A stretch of DNA of 64,000 nt from Pseudomonadota bacterium (lineage in GTDB: Bacteria; Pseudomonadota; Gammaproteobacteria; Burkholderiales; Rhodocyclaceae). The DNA lies in contig JAKOZI010000076.1 in assembly GCA_029780075.1 (NCBI GenBank), positions 2,911 through 66,910 of the forward strand. The letters are read 5' to 3'. How positions within the stretch are numbered: position 1 is the stretch's first letter; the number at the start of each line of letters is the position of its first letter. This document shows, piece by piece, positions 19,750 through 29,725 of the stretch. Below the pieces are notes generated by a model. The model was given only the letters and a program-made list of their open reading frames with translations, searched no databases and was not told the origin of the DNA. A program made the translations under genes and the position numbers.

Positions 19750-20988
19750 TTACGGTTGCAGTTCAAGAATGCGCTTCCCGGCAGCGTTCCTGTCGAAGGC
19801 ACCACGTCGCGTTTCGGCGGCACTCAGCGCCATCCGGTAGTACTGCACCGCCAGTTTGTGCTGACGGAGGTGATCCAGGCTGACAGCCAGGTTGAAGAGG
19901 TAATCGGCGTTGTCGGGTTCCAGCGCATAGGCCTGAAAGTAAACCTGCTGCGCCTCGCTCCAGCGGCCCTGCCGGGCATAAACGTTGCCCAGCGCAAAGT
20001 GCGCGGCGGAGGAATCGGACTGGCCGGCGAGCAGGGTCTTCAATCGGCTCTCGGACTGGCCGGCATCGCTCGGCCCGCGCAGGTTGATCAAGGCCGCCTG
20101 CGCGGTGACGTCGGTGGGGTCGGATTCGAGCACCTGCTGATACAACTCATGCGCACGCTCCGGCTGCCCCTGGCGGGCGGCAATCGCCGCCAGACCGAGT
20201 AGCGCGTCGGCATTCCTGGCGTCGCTGCGCAGGACCTGCTCATAGCTGTGGCGCGCATCGTCCAGCCGATCGGCCTGCCACGCCTGGTAGGCGAGGTCGA
20301 GCGCCTGCTGCTGCTTTTCCCGGCCGCCACCCGGACGAAAAACCCCCGCTGCGCTGCCACCCGGAACGCTGGCGAACTCTCTTGGCGGTGGCCCCGCACG
20401 CGGCGTTGTGGCAGGTGTCCTGACGGCGGTCGCCGGCGGCGGCGACTCCACCGGCGCCGTGACCGGCGGCGCCGGCAACGGGGGTGCCGGTCGCTGTACG
20501 GCCGGCACCAGGGGTGCGGGGGTCTGGCCTGCCGGCAATGCCGTGACCGGCGGTCTGGCGAGCGTACCACCGGACAGCGACTGCAACTGCCACCAGAAAT
20601 AACCGCCGATGGCCAGTGTTGCGAAGCCTCCCAGACCCACAAAGATCCACAGTGATCGGCGCGACGAACGGGAAGCCTGTTTGGCGGCAAAGAGGTTTTT
20701 CGCCGCGCTGCGTTGGCCGGCATCGCTGCCGCTGGAATCCGCCGACATTTCTCCCGGCAGCGGGACGCCGGGTCGGGCCGGCGTCGGGCCCGTTTCCGAT
20801 GTCGTCTGGGTGCCGAACGGGTCGGGGCGCCTGGCGTGCGGTGGCAGTGGCCGGCTCGCGGAACTCGCCGGTTCGAGCGGGTCGAGCTTCAGTTCGAGTG
20901 GAGCAGACGCGATCTCGGGCTTCTCCGCTGGACCAGCAAGCCGTTTGGCCTCTTCAGCCCGGCGCAGCGCATCCATCAGCAGGCTCAC
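19750..20988 (-). CDS. TPR protein, MshN-like
   Basis: 'MSLLMDALRRAE' start, TM, Pro-rich linker, C-terminal TPRs. Confidence 0.8.
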   Translation of the reverse strand: MSLLMDALRRAEEAKRLAGPAEKPEIASAPLELKLDPLEPASSASRPLPPHARRPDPFGTQTTSETGPTPARPGVPLPGEMSADSSGSDAGQRSAAKNLFAAKQASRSSRRSLWIFVGLGGFATLAIGGYFWWQLQSLSGGTLARPPVTALPAGQTPAPLVPAVQRPAPPLPAPPVTAPVESPPPATAVRTPATTPRAGPPPREFASVPGGSAAGVFRPGGGREKQQQALDLAYQAWQADRLDDARHSYEQVLRSDARNADALLGLAAIAARQGQPERAHELYQQVLESDPTDVTAQAALINLRGPSDAGQSESRLKTLLAGQSDSSAAHFALGNVYARQGRWSEAQQVYFQAYALEPDNADYLFNLAVSLDHLRQHKLAVQYYRMALSAAETRRGAFDRNAAGKRILELQP

Positions 20989-22847
20989 TGCAGCGGCTCC
21001 GGATGCCGGTCGGGCAAGGAGAATGGCCGGAAAACCTGGTCACTCTTGAAAAACTCCCGGTTGGGCAGGGTATCCCTGAAATTCTTGAAGTCGCCGTCGA
21101 TCGACGCGTCATGGATCACCGTCGGACGCAGGAGCACGACAAGCTCCGTCTTCACCGACGAGTTGTTGCGGTTGTTGAAAACCTCGCCGAAAAACGGAAT
21201 ATCGCCCAGGCCCGGCAGACGCCCGGTGCGGTTGTCCAGGCGATCCTCCATCAAGCCCCCAAGTACCGCAATGTCCCCGCTTTCGACACGCATCATCGAC
21301 TCGATCTCGCGCATGCGAATCTGCGGGACCAGGTTCTTGATATTGTTCGCGGCCAGGGCCGGATTGGGATCCTGCTTCAGTTCCACGATGCTGGAAATAG
21401 ACGGCCGAACGTTCAAAGTGACCGTACCGCTATCGCTGATCTGCGCCGTCAGGCTCATGAAGAAGCCAATCGACACCGACTGTGGTGTCGTGGTGGTGGC
21501 GGTCAGCGTGCCGCCTTGTGTCCCGCCGAGCGTAGACGTGTCCTGTTTGACACTGAAGTACACAAAATCCTCGGAAACCTTCAGCGTTGCCGTCTGATTA
21601 TTGAGCACCGAAAGCTTTGGGCTGGAGAGGACCTTGACGGTACCAAAAGCGCGCAGCAAATCCACGGTTGCCAACACCCCCAAGGGGTTCTTGCTGTCGT
21701 ACTTGAGAACGTACGGGGTGACAATATTCTGCACGTTCGTGGTCAGCGATGGTTTCGTGATGCTGATGTCGGTCGCCTGGGTCAGCCGGCTCCATTCGAT
21801 GCCTTGCTGGTAACCATCGGAAAGTGTCACTTCGACGATCGTCGCTTCGATCAGCACCTGCCGGCGAGCGCTGCTCATCACTCGATCGAGGAACTCCTGA
21901 ACCTTCTCGTGCTGTCGCGAGGTCGCCCGAACGGTGATCACCCCGCCTTCCGGATTGGCAATCACCGATGCCGCTTCCCGGAAGGTCATTCGTTTGACGA
22001 CCGTGGCGCCGCTGTTCTGCAGCGTCGCCGGATTCGGACTGCCGGCCAGCGTCTGCACGGCCTGCGCCACACGCGCCGCGGCGCTGGGCGGGCTGGCGGC
22101 ACCGGTGCCGGTGGTGCTCTGCGAGGCCGTTTGCTCGGTCACCGTTTCGGTCGAGCCCTCCGGGAAAACCTTGTCGGTCTCGTGCAGCAGATCCTTGAGA
22201 TTTTTTTCGAGCGACTCCCAGAAGCGGTTCCTCGACTTGTTCTCGATCTGGATGCGTGAGGTATTTCCGGAGCCCGCGACGCCACCACTGCCGGTCGCCA
22301 GCGAACTGGTCGAAATCTGCGTATTGGTCGACACCGTGGCCGTGACGTCACGAGCAATATTGACGTAGTCGACCTTGTAGTTCTTGAGGTAGGGCGCGTC
22401 GGGCATCACCGCCAGGTTCGGGCCGTCGAGCTCGAAGCGCATGTCCACCTGCTTGGCGATGCGGCTGAGCAACTGCGGCAGCGTCTGGTCGATGGCGTTG
22501 AGCGTCACCAGGCCGGTCAGACCCGGATGGACGTCCACGTTCAGTCTGGCGTCACGGGCCAGGGCAAACAGCAGGTCGTGCACCTGCACATTGTTGACCA
22601 CCACGCTGTAGGTTTCCGTCTTGCCGATGGCGCGGGGTTTGGGCAAATAGACGCTCTGCTGAACGGGCTGCGGAATCGCGCCCTGCGGCCTGGCGACGCT
22701 GTCGGCCTGCAGATGCCCCGTCGACGGCCCATTGCTGAGCGTGGTCGGCGTACAGGCTCCGAACAGGAGCGGGAGAAGGAGGGCGCCAGTGAGACGCAGG
22801 ATTCGCAGGAGCACGCTCAAACTTGATCCAGTCAATGGGTGAGTCAT
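20985..22847 (-). CDS. mshL: MshL-type lipoprotein secretin
   Basis: Lipobox LFGAC, STN-like domain, 'RQVLIEATIVEV', 'SSPKLSVLNNQ', 'PGLGDIP', 'KTELVVLLRP'. Confidence 0.88.
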   Translation of the reverse strand: MTHPLTGSSLSVLLRILRLTGALLLPLLFGACTPTTLSNGPSTGHLQADSVARPQGAIPQPVQQSVYLPKPRAIGKTETYSVVVNNVQVHDLLFALARDARLNVDVHPGLTGLVTLNAIDQTLPQLLSRIAKQVDMRFELDGPNLAVMPDAPYLKNYKVDYVNIARDVTATVSTNTQISTSSLATGSGGVAGSGNTSRIQIENKSRNRFWESLEKNLKDLLHETDKVFPEGSTETVTEQTASQSTTGTGAASPPSAAARVAQAVQTLAGSPNPATLQNSGATVVKRMTFREAASVIANPEGGVITVRATSRQHEKVQEFLDRVMSSARRQVLIEATIVEVTLSDGYQQGIEWSRLTQATDISITKPSLTTNVQNIVTPYVLKYDSKNPLGVLATVDLLRAFGTVKVLSSPKLSVLNNQTATLKVSEDFVYFSVKQDTSTLGGTQGGTLTATTTTPQSVSIGFFMSLTAQISDSGTVTLNVRPSISSIVELKQDPNPALAANNIKNLVPQIRMREIESMMRVESGDIAVLGGLMEDRLDNRTGRLPGLGDIPFFGEVFNNRNNSSVKTELVVLLRPTVIHDASIDGDFKNFRDTLPNREFFKSDQVFRPFSLPDRHPEPLQ

Positions 22848-22884
22848 GATAGCACGCCGGAACTTCCTTACAAGTACATGATTT

Positions 22885-24318
22885 TTATTGTCTTAAGGCC
22901 TTGCTTTCCGATCCTTCCGGGAGACGTGCAGAGCGCAACCTGGCCACCGGCCGCACATACGGCCTGCTCGACGGGCTGATCTCGCCCAGTGTTGCCAGCG
23001 CGGCGTTGGCCTGCTCGCGGGAAGCATAGTCGCCATAAATGACCCCGAGTCGCTCCTTGCCTCCGAAACTCGAACGATAAACCCGCAGCTGCCGTAAATC
23101 GAGAGCTCTGCTGTTGTTGGCAATGAAATCGGCCACTTCGCGCTGGCTGCCGGCGTCGGTCACCAGTAACTGGATGAAATAATGGCTGTCCGGGGTCATT
23201 TTCAGCCAATTCTGGCTGGCGGCAATTCTCTCGGCAAGCGTCAGCGATAGTGCTGCGCCGGTGGTCTCGGCCACCGGCGGGCCAGACTCCCGGTGTACAG
23301 CAGCAGGCACCCCTGGCACAGGCGAAACAACTGCCGCTGGCGACGATAGGGGCGCGGCACCGTCCGGCAAAGTGCTGATCGGCAGCGGCGCCGCTACCGT
23401 GCTGCCGGCGTCATGGCGGCCAGCCAGGTACGCTAGCGCGACTAGCGTACACAAAACGGTCGCAACCGCGGCGGCCCACGCCCAGCGGACGCCGACACGA
23501 CCCGCGATGGGTTTGAACTGCGCGTCGCGGACCGCCGCCCGCACCTGCCGGCAATCGATCTGGTGAACGCCTTCGGCGAAGGCGGCCAGCAGGGCTTTGT
23601 CGGCGAGGATGTTGATGCGCCGGGTGAGCCCTTCGGAGGCCTTGCTGATCAACTGGATGGCGCCTTTGGTGAACAGGTCCGGACCGCGGTAGCCAGCAGC
23701 GCGCAGTCGGAACATCAGATACCCGGCGACGTCGCGACGATGCAGTGGTTCGAGTCGGAAATGGTGCGTAATGCGGTCGTTGAGCTGGCGCATGGCGCTT
23801 TCACCCAGGCGCTGATCCAGTTCGGGCTGGCCGAACAGCACAATCTGCAACAACTTGTGCCGACTCGATTCCAGATTGGAGAGCAGGCGGATCTCCTCCA
23901 GAGCTTCCGCCGGCATGGCATGCGCCTCGTCGATCAGGGCGACGACCTGGCGTCCGGCGGCATAGATCTCCAGCAGGCGCTCGTGCAGCGCGCGCAGCAG
24001 CAGATGGCTGCGCTCTTCGGGCAGCGGAATCCGCAGTTCGGCGGCGATGGCCAGCAGGATCTCGTCACGCGACAAGGTGGGGTTGGCCAGATAAACCGTC
24101 TCGACGTTGTCCGGCAGCTTCTCCAGCAGCATCCGGCACAGCATGGTCTTGCCGCTGCCGACTTCACCGCTGACCTTGACGATGCCCTCATCGTGAATGA
24201 TCGCGTAGCTCAGCGCCTCGAGCGTGGCGCCCCGGTTAGCCCCGGCAAAGAAGAACTCGGTATGCGGGGTAATGCGGAAGGGCGCCTGCTGCAGCCCGAA
24301 ATGATCCAGATACATCAC
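22885..24318 (-). CDS. ExeA/MshM family AAA ATPase with C-terminal SPOR-like domain
   Basis: '[13 protein letters not shown]', 'GEVGSGKT', 'IDEAH', 'LFGQPEL', TM, 'YFIQL...YGDYASREQA'. Confidence 0.9.
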   Translation of the reverse strand: MMYLDHFGLQQAPFRITPHTEFFFAGANRGATLEALSYAIIHDEGIVKVSGEVGSGKTMLCRMLLEKLPDNVETVYLANPTLSRDEILLAIAAELRIPLPEERSHLLLRALHERLLEIYAAGRQVVALIDEAHAMPAEALEEIRLLSNLESSRHKLLQIVLFGQPELDQRLGESAMRQLNDRITHHFRLEPLHRRDVAGYLMFRLRAAGYRGPDLFTKGAIQLISKASEGLTRRINILADKALLAAFAEGVHQIDCRQVRAAVRDAQFKPIAGRVGVRWAWAAAVATVLCTLVALAYLAGRHDAGSTVAAPLPISTLPDGAAPLSSPAAVVSPVPGVPAAVHRESGPPVAETTGAALSLTLAERIAASQNWLKMTPDSHYFIQLLVTDAGSQREVADFIANNSRALDLRQLRVYRSSFGGKERLGVIYGDYASREQANAALATLGEISPSSRPYVRPVARLRSARLPEGSESKALRQ

Positions 24319-25781
24319 GGCTCGCGCGCCGCCGCTTCCATGCGGTTGTAGAGCGTCGTCCGGTGGATGCCCAGCAGCCGCGCCGCCTGACTGACATTGC
24401 CGTGCGCCAGTTTCAGCGCGGCCTCAATGTAGCCGCGTTCGGTGGCGTCGAGCAGGCGGTCGAGGCTGAAGGGCTCCCGCTGCCGCAGGCGATACATGGC
24501 CGCAGTGACGATGGCATCGCCTGCGCCCTGGTCGAGCGCGCGTGTTGCCGGCGCCGCTGCGGGTGGCGGCTCGTCGGGCAGGTCGAGTTCGACTTCCAGC
24601 GCCGCGGCGCCGACGACCTGCCCGGCGTGCCGGGTGGTCAGGCGGATGACGATGTTGCGCAGTTCGCGGACATTGCCGGGAAATGCGTAGCTGCGCCACA
24701 GGGCTTCCGCTTCGGCGGCGAGGCGGAACGGCGGCTGTCGCGTCTGTGCCGCATAGTGGTGACGAAAGTGCTCCATCAGAAGCAATTTGTCCTCCCCCAT
24801 CTCGCGCAACGGTGGGGCAACGATCGAGCACACCGAGAGGCGGTGGTAAAGGTCGGCACGAAAGTTTCCCGCCTTGACCTCCCGACGCAGGTCGCGGTTG
24901 GTGGCGGCGATGATGCGCGCCTGACTGACCCGCTTGCGCGTTTCCCCGAGCCGCTGATACTCGCCATTTTCCAGCACGCGCAGCAACTTGGCCTGCAGAT
25001 CGAGCGCCAGTTCGCCGATCTCGTCGAGAAACAGGGTGCCATCGGCGGCATCCTCGAAATATCCGGACTTCACCGTCACGGCACCGGTAAACGCACCTCT
25101 GGCGTAGCCGAACAAGGTGGCCTCGACCAGGTTCGGCGATATCGCGGCACAATTGAGCGCCAGAAACGGCCGCTCCCTGCGCTGGGTACCAAAATGCAGG
25201 CAGCTGGAGGCGATGATCTCCTTGCCACTGCCCGACTCGCCTTCGATCAACACCGGGAATGGCAAATCGGCATACTGTCGAAGCTGCACCCGCAGTTTCT
25301 CAATGGCCGGGCTGCTGCCGATCAGCGGCGATGTGCCGTCCGCCTGGTGCTGCCTTTCGTCGAGCGCGCGAAACGCCAGCGCTCTCTTGAGGACTTGCTG
25401 CAGATCGGCCGGATTGCACGGCTTGGCGACGAAATCCGCGGCGCCGAGCGCGCGCGCATGGCGCGCGTTGCCCTCTTCGCTTTGCCCGGAGAGGACGACG
25501 ATGCGGATCTCCGGAGCGGCCTTGAGCAGGTCGGAAATCAGCGCCAGCCCCTCGTCGGGGCGGTGCGGTACGGGCGGCAGGCCGAGGTCGACCAGCGCCA
25601 GCGCTGGCGGTCTGCGCAACTCGCGCAGCAGTTGCATGCAATGCGGACGCGAGTGACTGGTGACCACCTCAAAGAGCGGACGCATCGAAAAACTCAAGGT
25701 GTCACAGATCAGCGCGTCGTCATCGACGATGAGCAGCAGCGGTCTTTCTGGCAAGGAGGTTTCCGGACGAGTGGGCATCAA
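24315..25781 (-). CDS. Sigma-54-dependent response regulator (REC-AAA-Fis), PrsR-like
   Basis: REC 'LVDLGLPP...EG', 'GESGSGKE', intact GAFTGA, 'LFLDEIGEL', Fis HTH '[18 protein letters not shown]'. Confidence 0.93.
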   Translation of the reverse strand: MMPTRPETSLPERPLLLIVDDDALICDTLSFSMRPLFEVVTSHSRPHCMQLLRELRRPPALALVDLGLPPVPHRPDEGLALISDLLKAAPEIRIVVLSGQSEEGNARHARALGAADFVAKPCNPADLQQVLKRALAFRALDERQHQADGTSPLIGSSPAIEKLRVQLRQYADLPFPVLIEGESGSGKEIIASSCLHFGTQRRERPFLALNCAAISPNLVEATLFGYARGAFTGAVTVKSGYFEDAADGTLFLDEIGELALDLQAKLLRVLENGEYQRLGETRKRVSQARIIAATNRDLRREVKAGNFRADLYHRLSVCSIVAPPLREMGEDKLLLMEHFRHHYAAQTRQPPFRLAAEAEALWRSYAFPGNVRELRNIVIRLTTRHAGQVVGAAALEVELDLPDEPPPAAAPATRALDQGAGDAIVTAAMYRLRQREPFSLDRLLDATERGYIEAALKLAHGNVSQAARLLGIHRTTLYNRMEAAAREP

Positions 25782-25912
25782 GCGCTGGCGCTGCCTAAGA
25801 AATGAGCGTGTTCGGCATTATTCCACAATTGTATTAACGTCAAGTAATTCACAGCCGACCCCAAGGGGCTCAGGTATAATTCGCGCTCATTTTCTTGCCC
25901 CGGGATGTTGCT

Positions 25913-26731
25913 GTGCCTGCCGATAATCTGGTCGAGATCAGGGATCTTGATTTTGCCTACGAGGATCGCCCGATCCTCAAGGGCATAACGCTGGAGATCC
26001 CGCGCGGAAAAGTGGTGGCCATCATGGGCGGCTCGGGCTGCGGAAAAACCACCCTGTTGCGCCTCATCGGCGGACAACTCAAACCGAGCCGCGGCGAGGT
26101 TCTGGTGGACGGACTGGCGGTACCCGCTTTGGGTGCTGACGAGTTGTACGCCCTGCGCCGGCGCATGGGCATGCTTTTCCAGTTCGGCGCGCTGTTTACC
26201 GACATTTCGGTTTTCGACAACGTGGCCTACCAGATGCGGGAGCACACCGATCTGCCGGAAGAACTGATTCGCGACATGGTGCTCATGAAACTCAATGCCG
26301 TCGGCCTGCGCGGTGCGCATGACCTGATGCCGGCCGAGCTTTCGGGCGGCATGGCCAGACGGGTGGCGCTGGCGCGGGCGATTGCCCTGGATCCGATGTT
26401 GATCATGTACGACGAGCCGTTTGCCGGCCTCGATCCGATTTCTCTCGGCGTCATCGGTCAATTGATCCGCAAGCTCAATGATGCGCTGGGCGCGACGACG
26501 ATCATGGTCACCCACGACATCCAGGAATCCTTGCTGATCGTCGATTACATCTACTTCATGTCCGAAGGAAAGGTTGTCGCGCTCGGAACGCCCGATGAAA
26601 TCCGGGCTTCGAAGCATCCCTTCGTGCATCAGTTCGTCTTCGCCGAAGCGGACGGACCGGTGCCCTTCCACTATCCGGCGGCCCCGCTCGCTCAGGAACT
26701 GCTCGGAAGAGGCGCGTATGCCCAGTCCTAG
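25913..26731 (+). CDS. mlaF: Mla ABC ATPase
   Basis: 'GGSGCGKT', 'LFQFGALF', 'LSGGMARRVALARA', 'YDEPFAGLDP'. Confidence 0.93.
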   Translation: MPADNLVEIRDLDFAYEDRPILKGITLEIPRGKVVAIMGGSGCGKTTLLRLIGGQLKPSRGEVLVDGLAVPALGADELYALRRRMGMLFQFGALFTDISVFDNVAYQMREHTDLPEELIRDMVLMKLNAVGLRGAHDLMPAELSGGMARRVALARAIALDPMLIMYDEPFAGLDPISLGVIGQLIRKLNDALGATTIMVTHDIQESLLIVDYIYFMSEGKVVALGTPDEIRASKHPFVHQFVFAEADGPVPFHYPAAPLAQELLGRGAYAQS

Positions 26732-27524
26732 CCAGGGAGCCCTGGTGGCGGCGATCAGCAGCCTCGGACGGCGCGTCAACGACGCCCTGCAACGATTGGG
26801 GTTTGCGACGCGCTTCTTCGGCATGCTGCTGTACTGGTCCGGGCAGTCTTTCCGGCGCCTGCCGCTGACCATTCGCGAGATCTATTTCTCGGGTTTCCAG
26901 TCGTTGTTGATCATCATGGTTTCCGGCCTGTTCATCGGCATGGTGCTTGGCATGCAGGGCTACGAGACGCTGCAGCGCTATGGCTCCGCCGACGCCCTCG
27001 GCGTTCTGGTCGCGCTGTCGCTGGTGCGTGAACTTGGCCCGGTGGTCGCCGCCCTGCTTTTCGCCTCGCGCGCGGGCTCGTCGATCACCGCGGAAATCGG
27101 CCTGATGAAGGCCACCGAGCAGCTCACCGCAATGGACATGATGGCGGTCAATCCGATTGCACGCGTCGTGGCTCCGCGCTTCTGGGGCGGCGTGATCTCG
27201 ATGCCCCTGCTGGCAGCGCTGTTCTCGGCCACCGGCGTTCTCGGCGGGTACCTGATCGGCGTTGTCTTCATCGGCGTCGACGAGGGTGCCTTCTGGTCGC
27301 AGATGCAGGCTTCGGTTGATTTTCGTTACGATGTCTGGAGTGGCATCGTCAAGAGCTTTGTCTTCGGTATTGCCGTCTCCCTGATTGCCGTCTTCGAGGG
27401 CTACGACGCCGTGCCAACCGCCGAAGGCGTGTCGAGTTCGATCAAGGGCACGGTCGTCAAATCGGCCCTGGCAATCCTGTCGCTCGACTTTGTGTTGACC
27501 TCGTTCATGTTCCGGGAGGCTTGA
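26718..27524 (+). CDS. mlaE: Mla permease
   Basis: 'RELGPVVAALLFASRAGSSITAEIGLMKATEQL'. Confidence 0.95.
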   Translation: MPSPSQGALVAAISSLGRRVNDALQRLGFATRFFGMLLYWSGQSFRRLPLTIREIYFSGFQSLLIIMVSGLFIGMVLGMQGYETLQRYGSADALGVLVALSLVRELGPVVAALLFASRAGSSITAEIGLMKATEQLTAMDMMAVNPIARVVAPRFWGGVISMPLLAALFSATGVLGGYLIGVVFIGVDEGAFWSQMQASVDFRYDVWSGIVKSFVFGIAVSLIAVFEGYDAVPTAEGVSSSIKGTVVKSALAILSLDFVLTSFMFREA

Positions 27525-27994
27525 TGAGTCGCAAGTTGCTCGACCTGTGGGTCGGTGTTTTTGTTGCCCTGGGCTTGGCTTCATTGCTGTTCCTGGCGCT
27601 GAAGGTCGGCAATCTGGCGGCAGCCAATTTTTCCGAGACGTACCCGCTGACGGCCAAGTTTGTTAACATCGGCGGCTTGAAGGTGCGCGCGCCGGTAAAG
27701 AGCGCCGGCGTCGTCGTCGGACGGGTCGCCGACATCCGTTTTGACCCGGAAACGTATGAAGCCGTAGTGGTCTTCAATGTCGACGGCCGCTATCGCTTCC
27801 CGAAGGATACCTTCGCCCTGATCCTCACCGCCGGCCTGCTCGGCGAGCAGTACATCGGTCTCGATCCGGGCGGTGACGAGACGATGCTCAAGGCTGGCGA
27901 GGTGATCGCCAAGACGCAATCGGCAGTGGTGCTGGAAAAGCTGATCAGTCAGTTCATGTTCAACAAGGCGTCAGAAGGACAGAGCGACAAATAG
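27524..27994 (+). CDS. mlaD: MCE-domain protein MlaD
   Basis: 'IGGLKVRAPVKSAGVVVGRV', 'GLLGEQYI'. Confidence 0.95.
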   Translation: MSRKLLDLWVGVFVALGLASLLFLALKVGNLAAANFSETYPLTAKFVNIGGLKVRAPVKSAGVVVGRVADIRFDPETYEAVVVFNVDGRYRFPKDTFALILTAGLLGEQYIGLDPGGDETMLKAGEVIAKTQSAVVLEKLISQFMFNKASEGQSDK

Positions 27995-27995
27995 A

Positions 27996-28736
27996 ATGAA
28001 AGGAAAATGTGTGAAACCATACCATTCGAGGCGCGTGTCCTGCATGGCCTGTGCTGCGGCGGTTTTCGCTGCCAGTGGCTGCGCGACCACCGCGAACAAC
28101 CCCAAAGACCCCTTCGAGGGTTTCAACCGGGCCATGTTTGCGGTCAACGAAGGCCTTGATCTGGTCGTCAAACCGGTCGCGCAGGGCTATGACGCCGCCG
28201 CACCGCTGCCGGTGAAAGTGGTCGTCGGCAACTTTTTCGGCAACATCTGGGACGTCTGGACAGCAGTGAACAATCTGCTGCAGGGCAAGGGTCAGCAAGC
28301 CGTTTCCGACGTCGGCCGGGTGTTGATCAATAGCACCGCAGGGATTGGCGGCGCCTTCGACGTCGCCGGAGAAATGGGCCTGACCAAGCATTCCGAGGAT
28401 TTTGGGCAGACCCTGGGCAAATGGGGAGTCGGCGACGGTCCCTACTTCTACTGGCCGATCATCGGGCCACGTACGTCACGCGATACGTTCGGCTGGGTGG
28501 TCGACACGTATTTCGACCCGGTATGGCGAATCGACGACATCGGGCTGCGCAACAGCCTGGTCGCCACCCGCTATATCAGCGTGCGCGCGAGCCTCCTGCC
28601 CGCCGACAAGGTGGTCGAGGAAGCCGCTTTCGACAAATACGACTACATCAGGAACGCCTACCTGCAGCATCGCCGCAGCGAGATTTTTGACGGCGAGCTG
28701 CCGCATGAAGCCGTTGACGAGGAATCCTCACAGTAG
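27996..28736 (+). CDS. mlaA: VacJ/MlaA lipoprotein
   Basis: Lipobox ASGC, 'DPFEGFNRAMF', 'EDFGQTLG', 'PIIGP'. Confidence 0.93.
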   Translation: MKGKCVKPYHSRRVSCMACAAAVFAASGCATTANNPKDPFEGFNRAMFAVNEGLDLVVKPVAQGYDAAAPLPVKVVVGNFFGNIWDVWTAVNNLLQGKGQQAVSDVGRVLINSTAGIGGAFDVAGEMGLTKHSEDFGQTLGKWGVGDGPYFYWPIIGPRTSRDTFGWVVDTYFDPVWRIDDIGLRNSLVATRYISVRASLLPADKVVEEAAFDKYDYIRNAYLQHRRSEIFDGELPHEAVDEESSQ

Positions 28737-28787
28737 GCGGATGCACCTCCCGCCGGGTTCACGACCCCACATTGCCTGAAAGCGCCC

Positions 28788-29402
28788 ATGAAAGCTTTAT
28801 TTTCCCTGCTGTTTGCCCTGTTGACCCTGGTTGCCCCCGCCGTCGCGCAGGAGCTCGCCCCCGACGCCATGGTCCGGCAGGTCACCGAGGATGTACTCGC
28901 CGTCGTTCGCCAGGACAAGGACATCCAGAGCGGCAATACCCGCAAGGCCATCGATCTGGTCGAAACCAAGGTGCTCCCGTATTTCAATTTCCAGCGCATG
29001 ACCGCACTCGCTGTGGGACGCGACTGGAGCAAGGCGACGCCGGAGCAGAAGAAACGCCTCTCCGAGGAATTCAAGACGCTGCTGGTGCGCACCTACTCGA
29101 ACGCACTGACCTCCTACAAGAACCAGACGGTGGTCTACAAGCCCAGCAAGTTGTCGGCGGGCGACACCAGTGTGGTGGTCAGAACCGAAGTCGTGCAGCC
29201 CGGCAGCAAACCGGTGCAACTGGATTACTCGCTCGAAAAGCAGGGCGACGCCTGGAAGGTCTACGATGTCGTCGTCGCCGGCGTCAGCCTGGTCACCAAC
29301 TATCGCGACACCTTCAAGCAGGAAGTAAGCAACACGGGTCTCGACGGCCTGATCACGATGCTCAGCAATCGCAACAAGCAACTCGAAGCCGGCAAGAAAT
29401 GA
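28788..29402 (+). CDS. mlaC: MlaC phospholipid-binding protein
   Basis: Signal peptide, 'LLVRTYS', 'WKVYDVVVAGVSLVTNYR'. Confidence 0.95.
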   Translation: MKALFSLLFALLTLVAPAVAQELAPDAMVRQVTEDVLAVVRQDKDIQSGNTRKAIDLVETKVLPYFNFQRMTALAVGRDWSKATPEQKKRLSEEFKTLLVRTYSNALTSYKNQTVVYKPSKLSAGDTSVVVRTEVVQPGSKPVQLDYSLEKQGDAWKVYDVVVAGVSLVTNYRDTFKQEVSNTGLDGLITMLSNRNKQLEAGKK

Positions 29403-29692
29403 TCGAGCAGGCGGACGGCAGGCTGCGCGTGACGGTACCGATGATCATTGCCAATGCACGCGCCCTGCTTGAGGCTGGGCGCGGCCTGTTGCTGTCCGGC
29501 AAGAATACGGGCCTGACGTTGCTTGATCTCGCGGCGGTTTCCGAAGTCGACTCCTCAGCGTTGAGCGTCGTCTTTGCCTGGTTGCGCACGGCCGGCACCG
29601 GGGGCATCGCCCTGCGCATTGCCAACCCGCCGGCAAACCTGATCAGCCTGGCAACGCTTTACGGCGTGTCCGAACTGCTTCCTCGCGCCTGA
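29399..29692 (+). CDS. mlaB: STAS protein MlaB
   Basis: 'DLAAVSEVDSSAL', 'LATLYGV'; ATGA overlap with mlaC. Confidence 0.88.
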   Translation: MIEQADGRLRVTVPMIIANARALLEAGRGLLLSGKNTGLTLLDLAAVSEVDSSALSVVFAWLRTAGTGGIALRIANPPANLISLATLYGVSELLPRA

Positions 29693-29725
29693 CGGGCCAC
29701 TCGCCCCGTCATCAGGCAGGATCCC

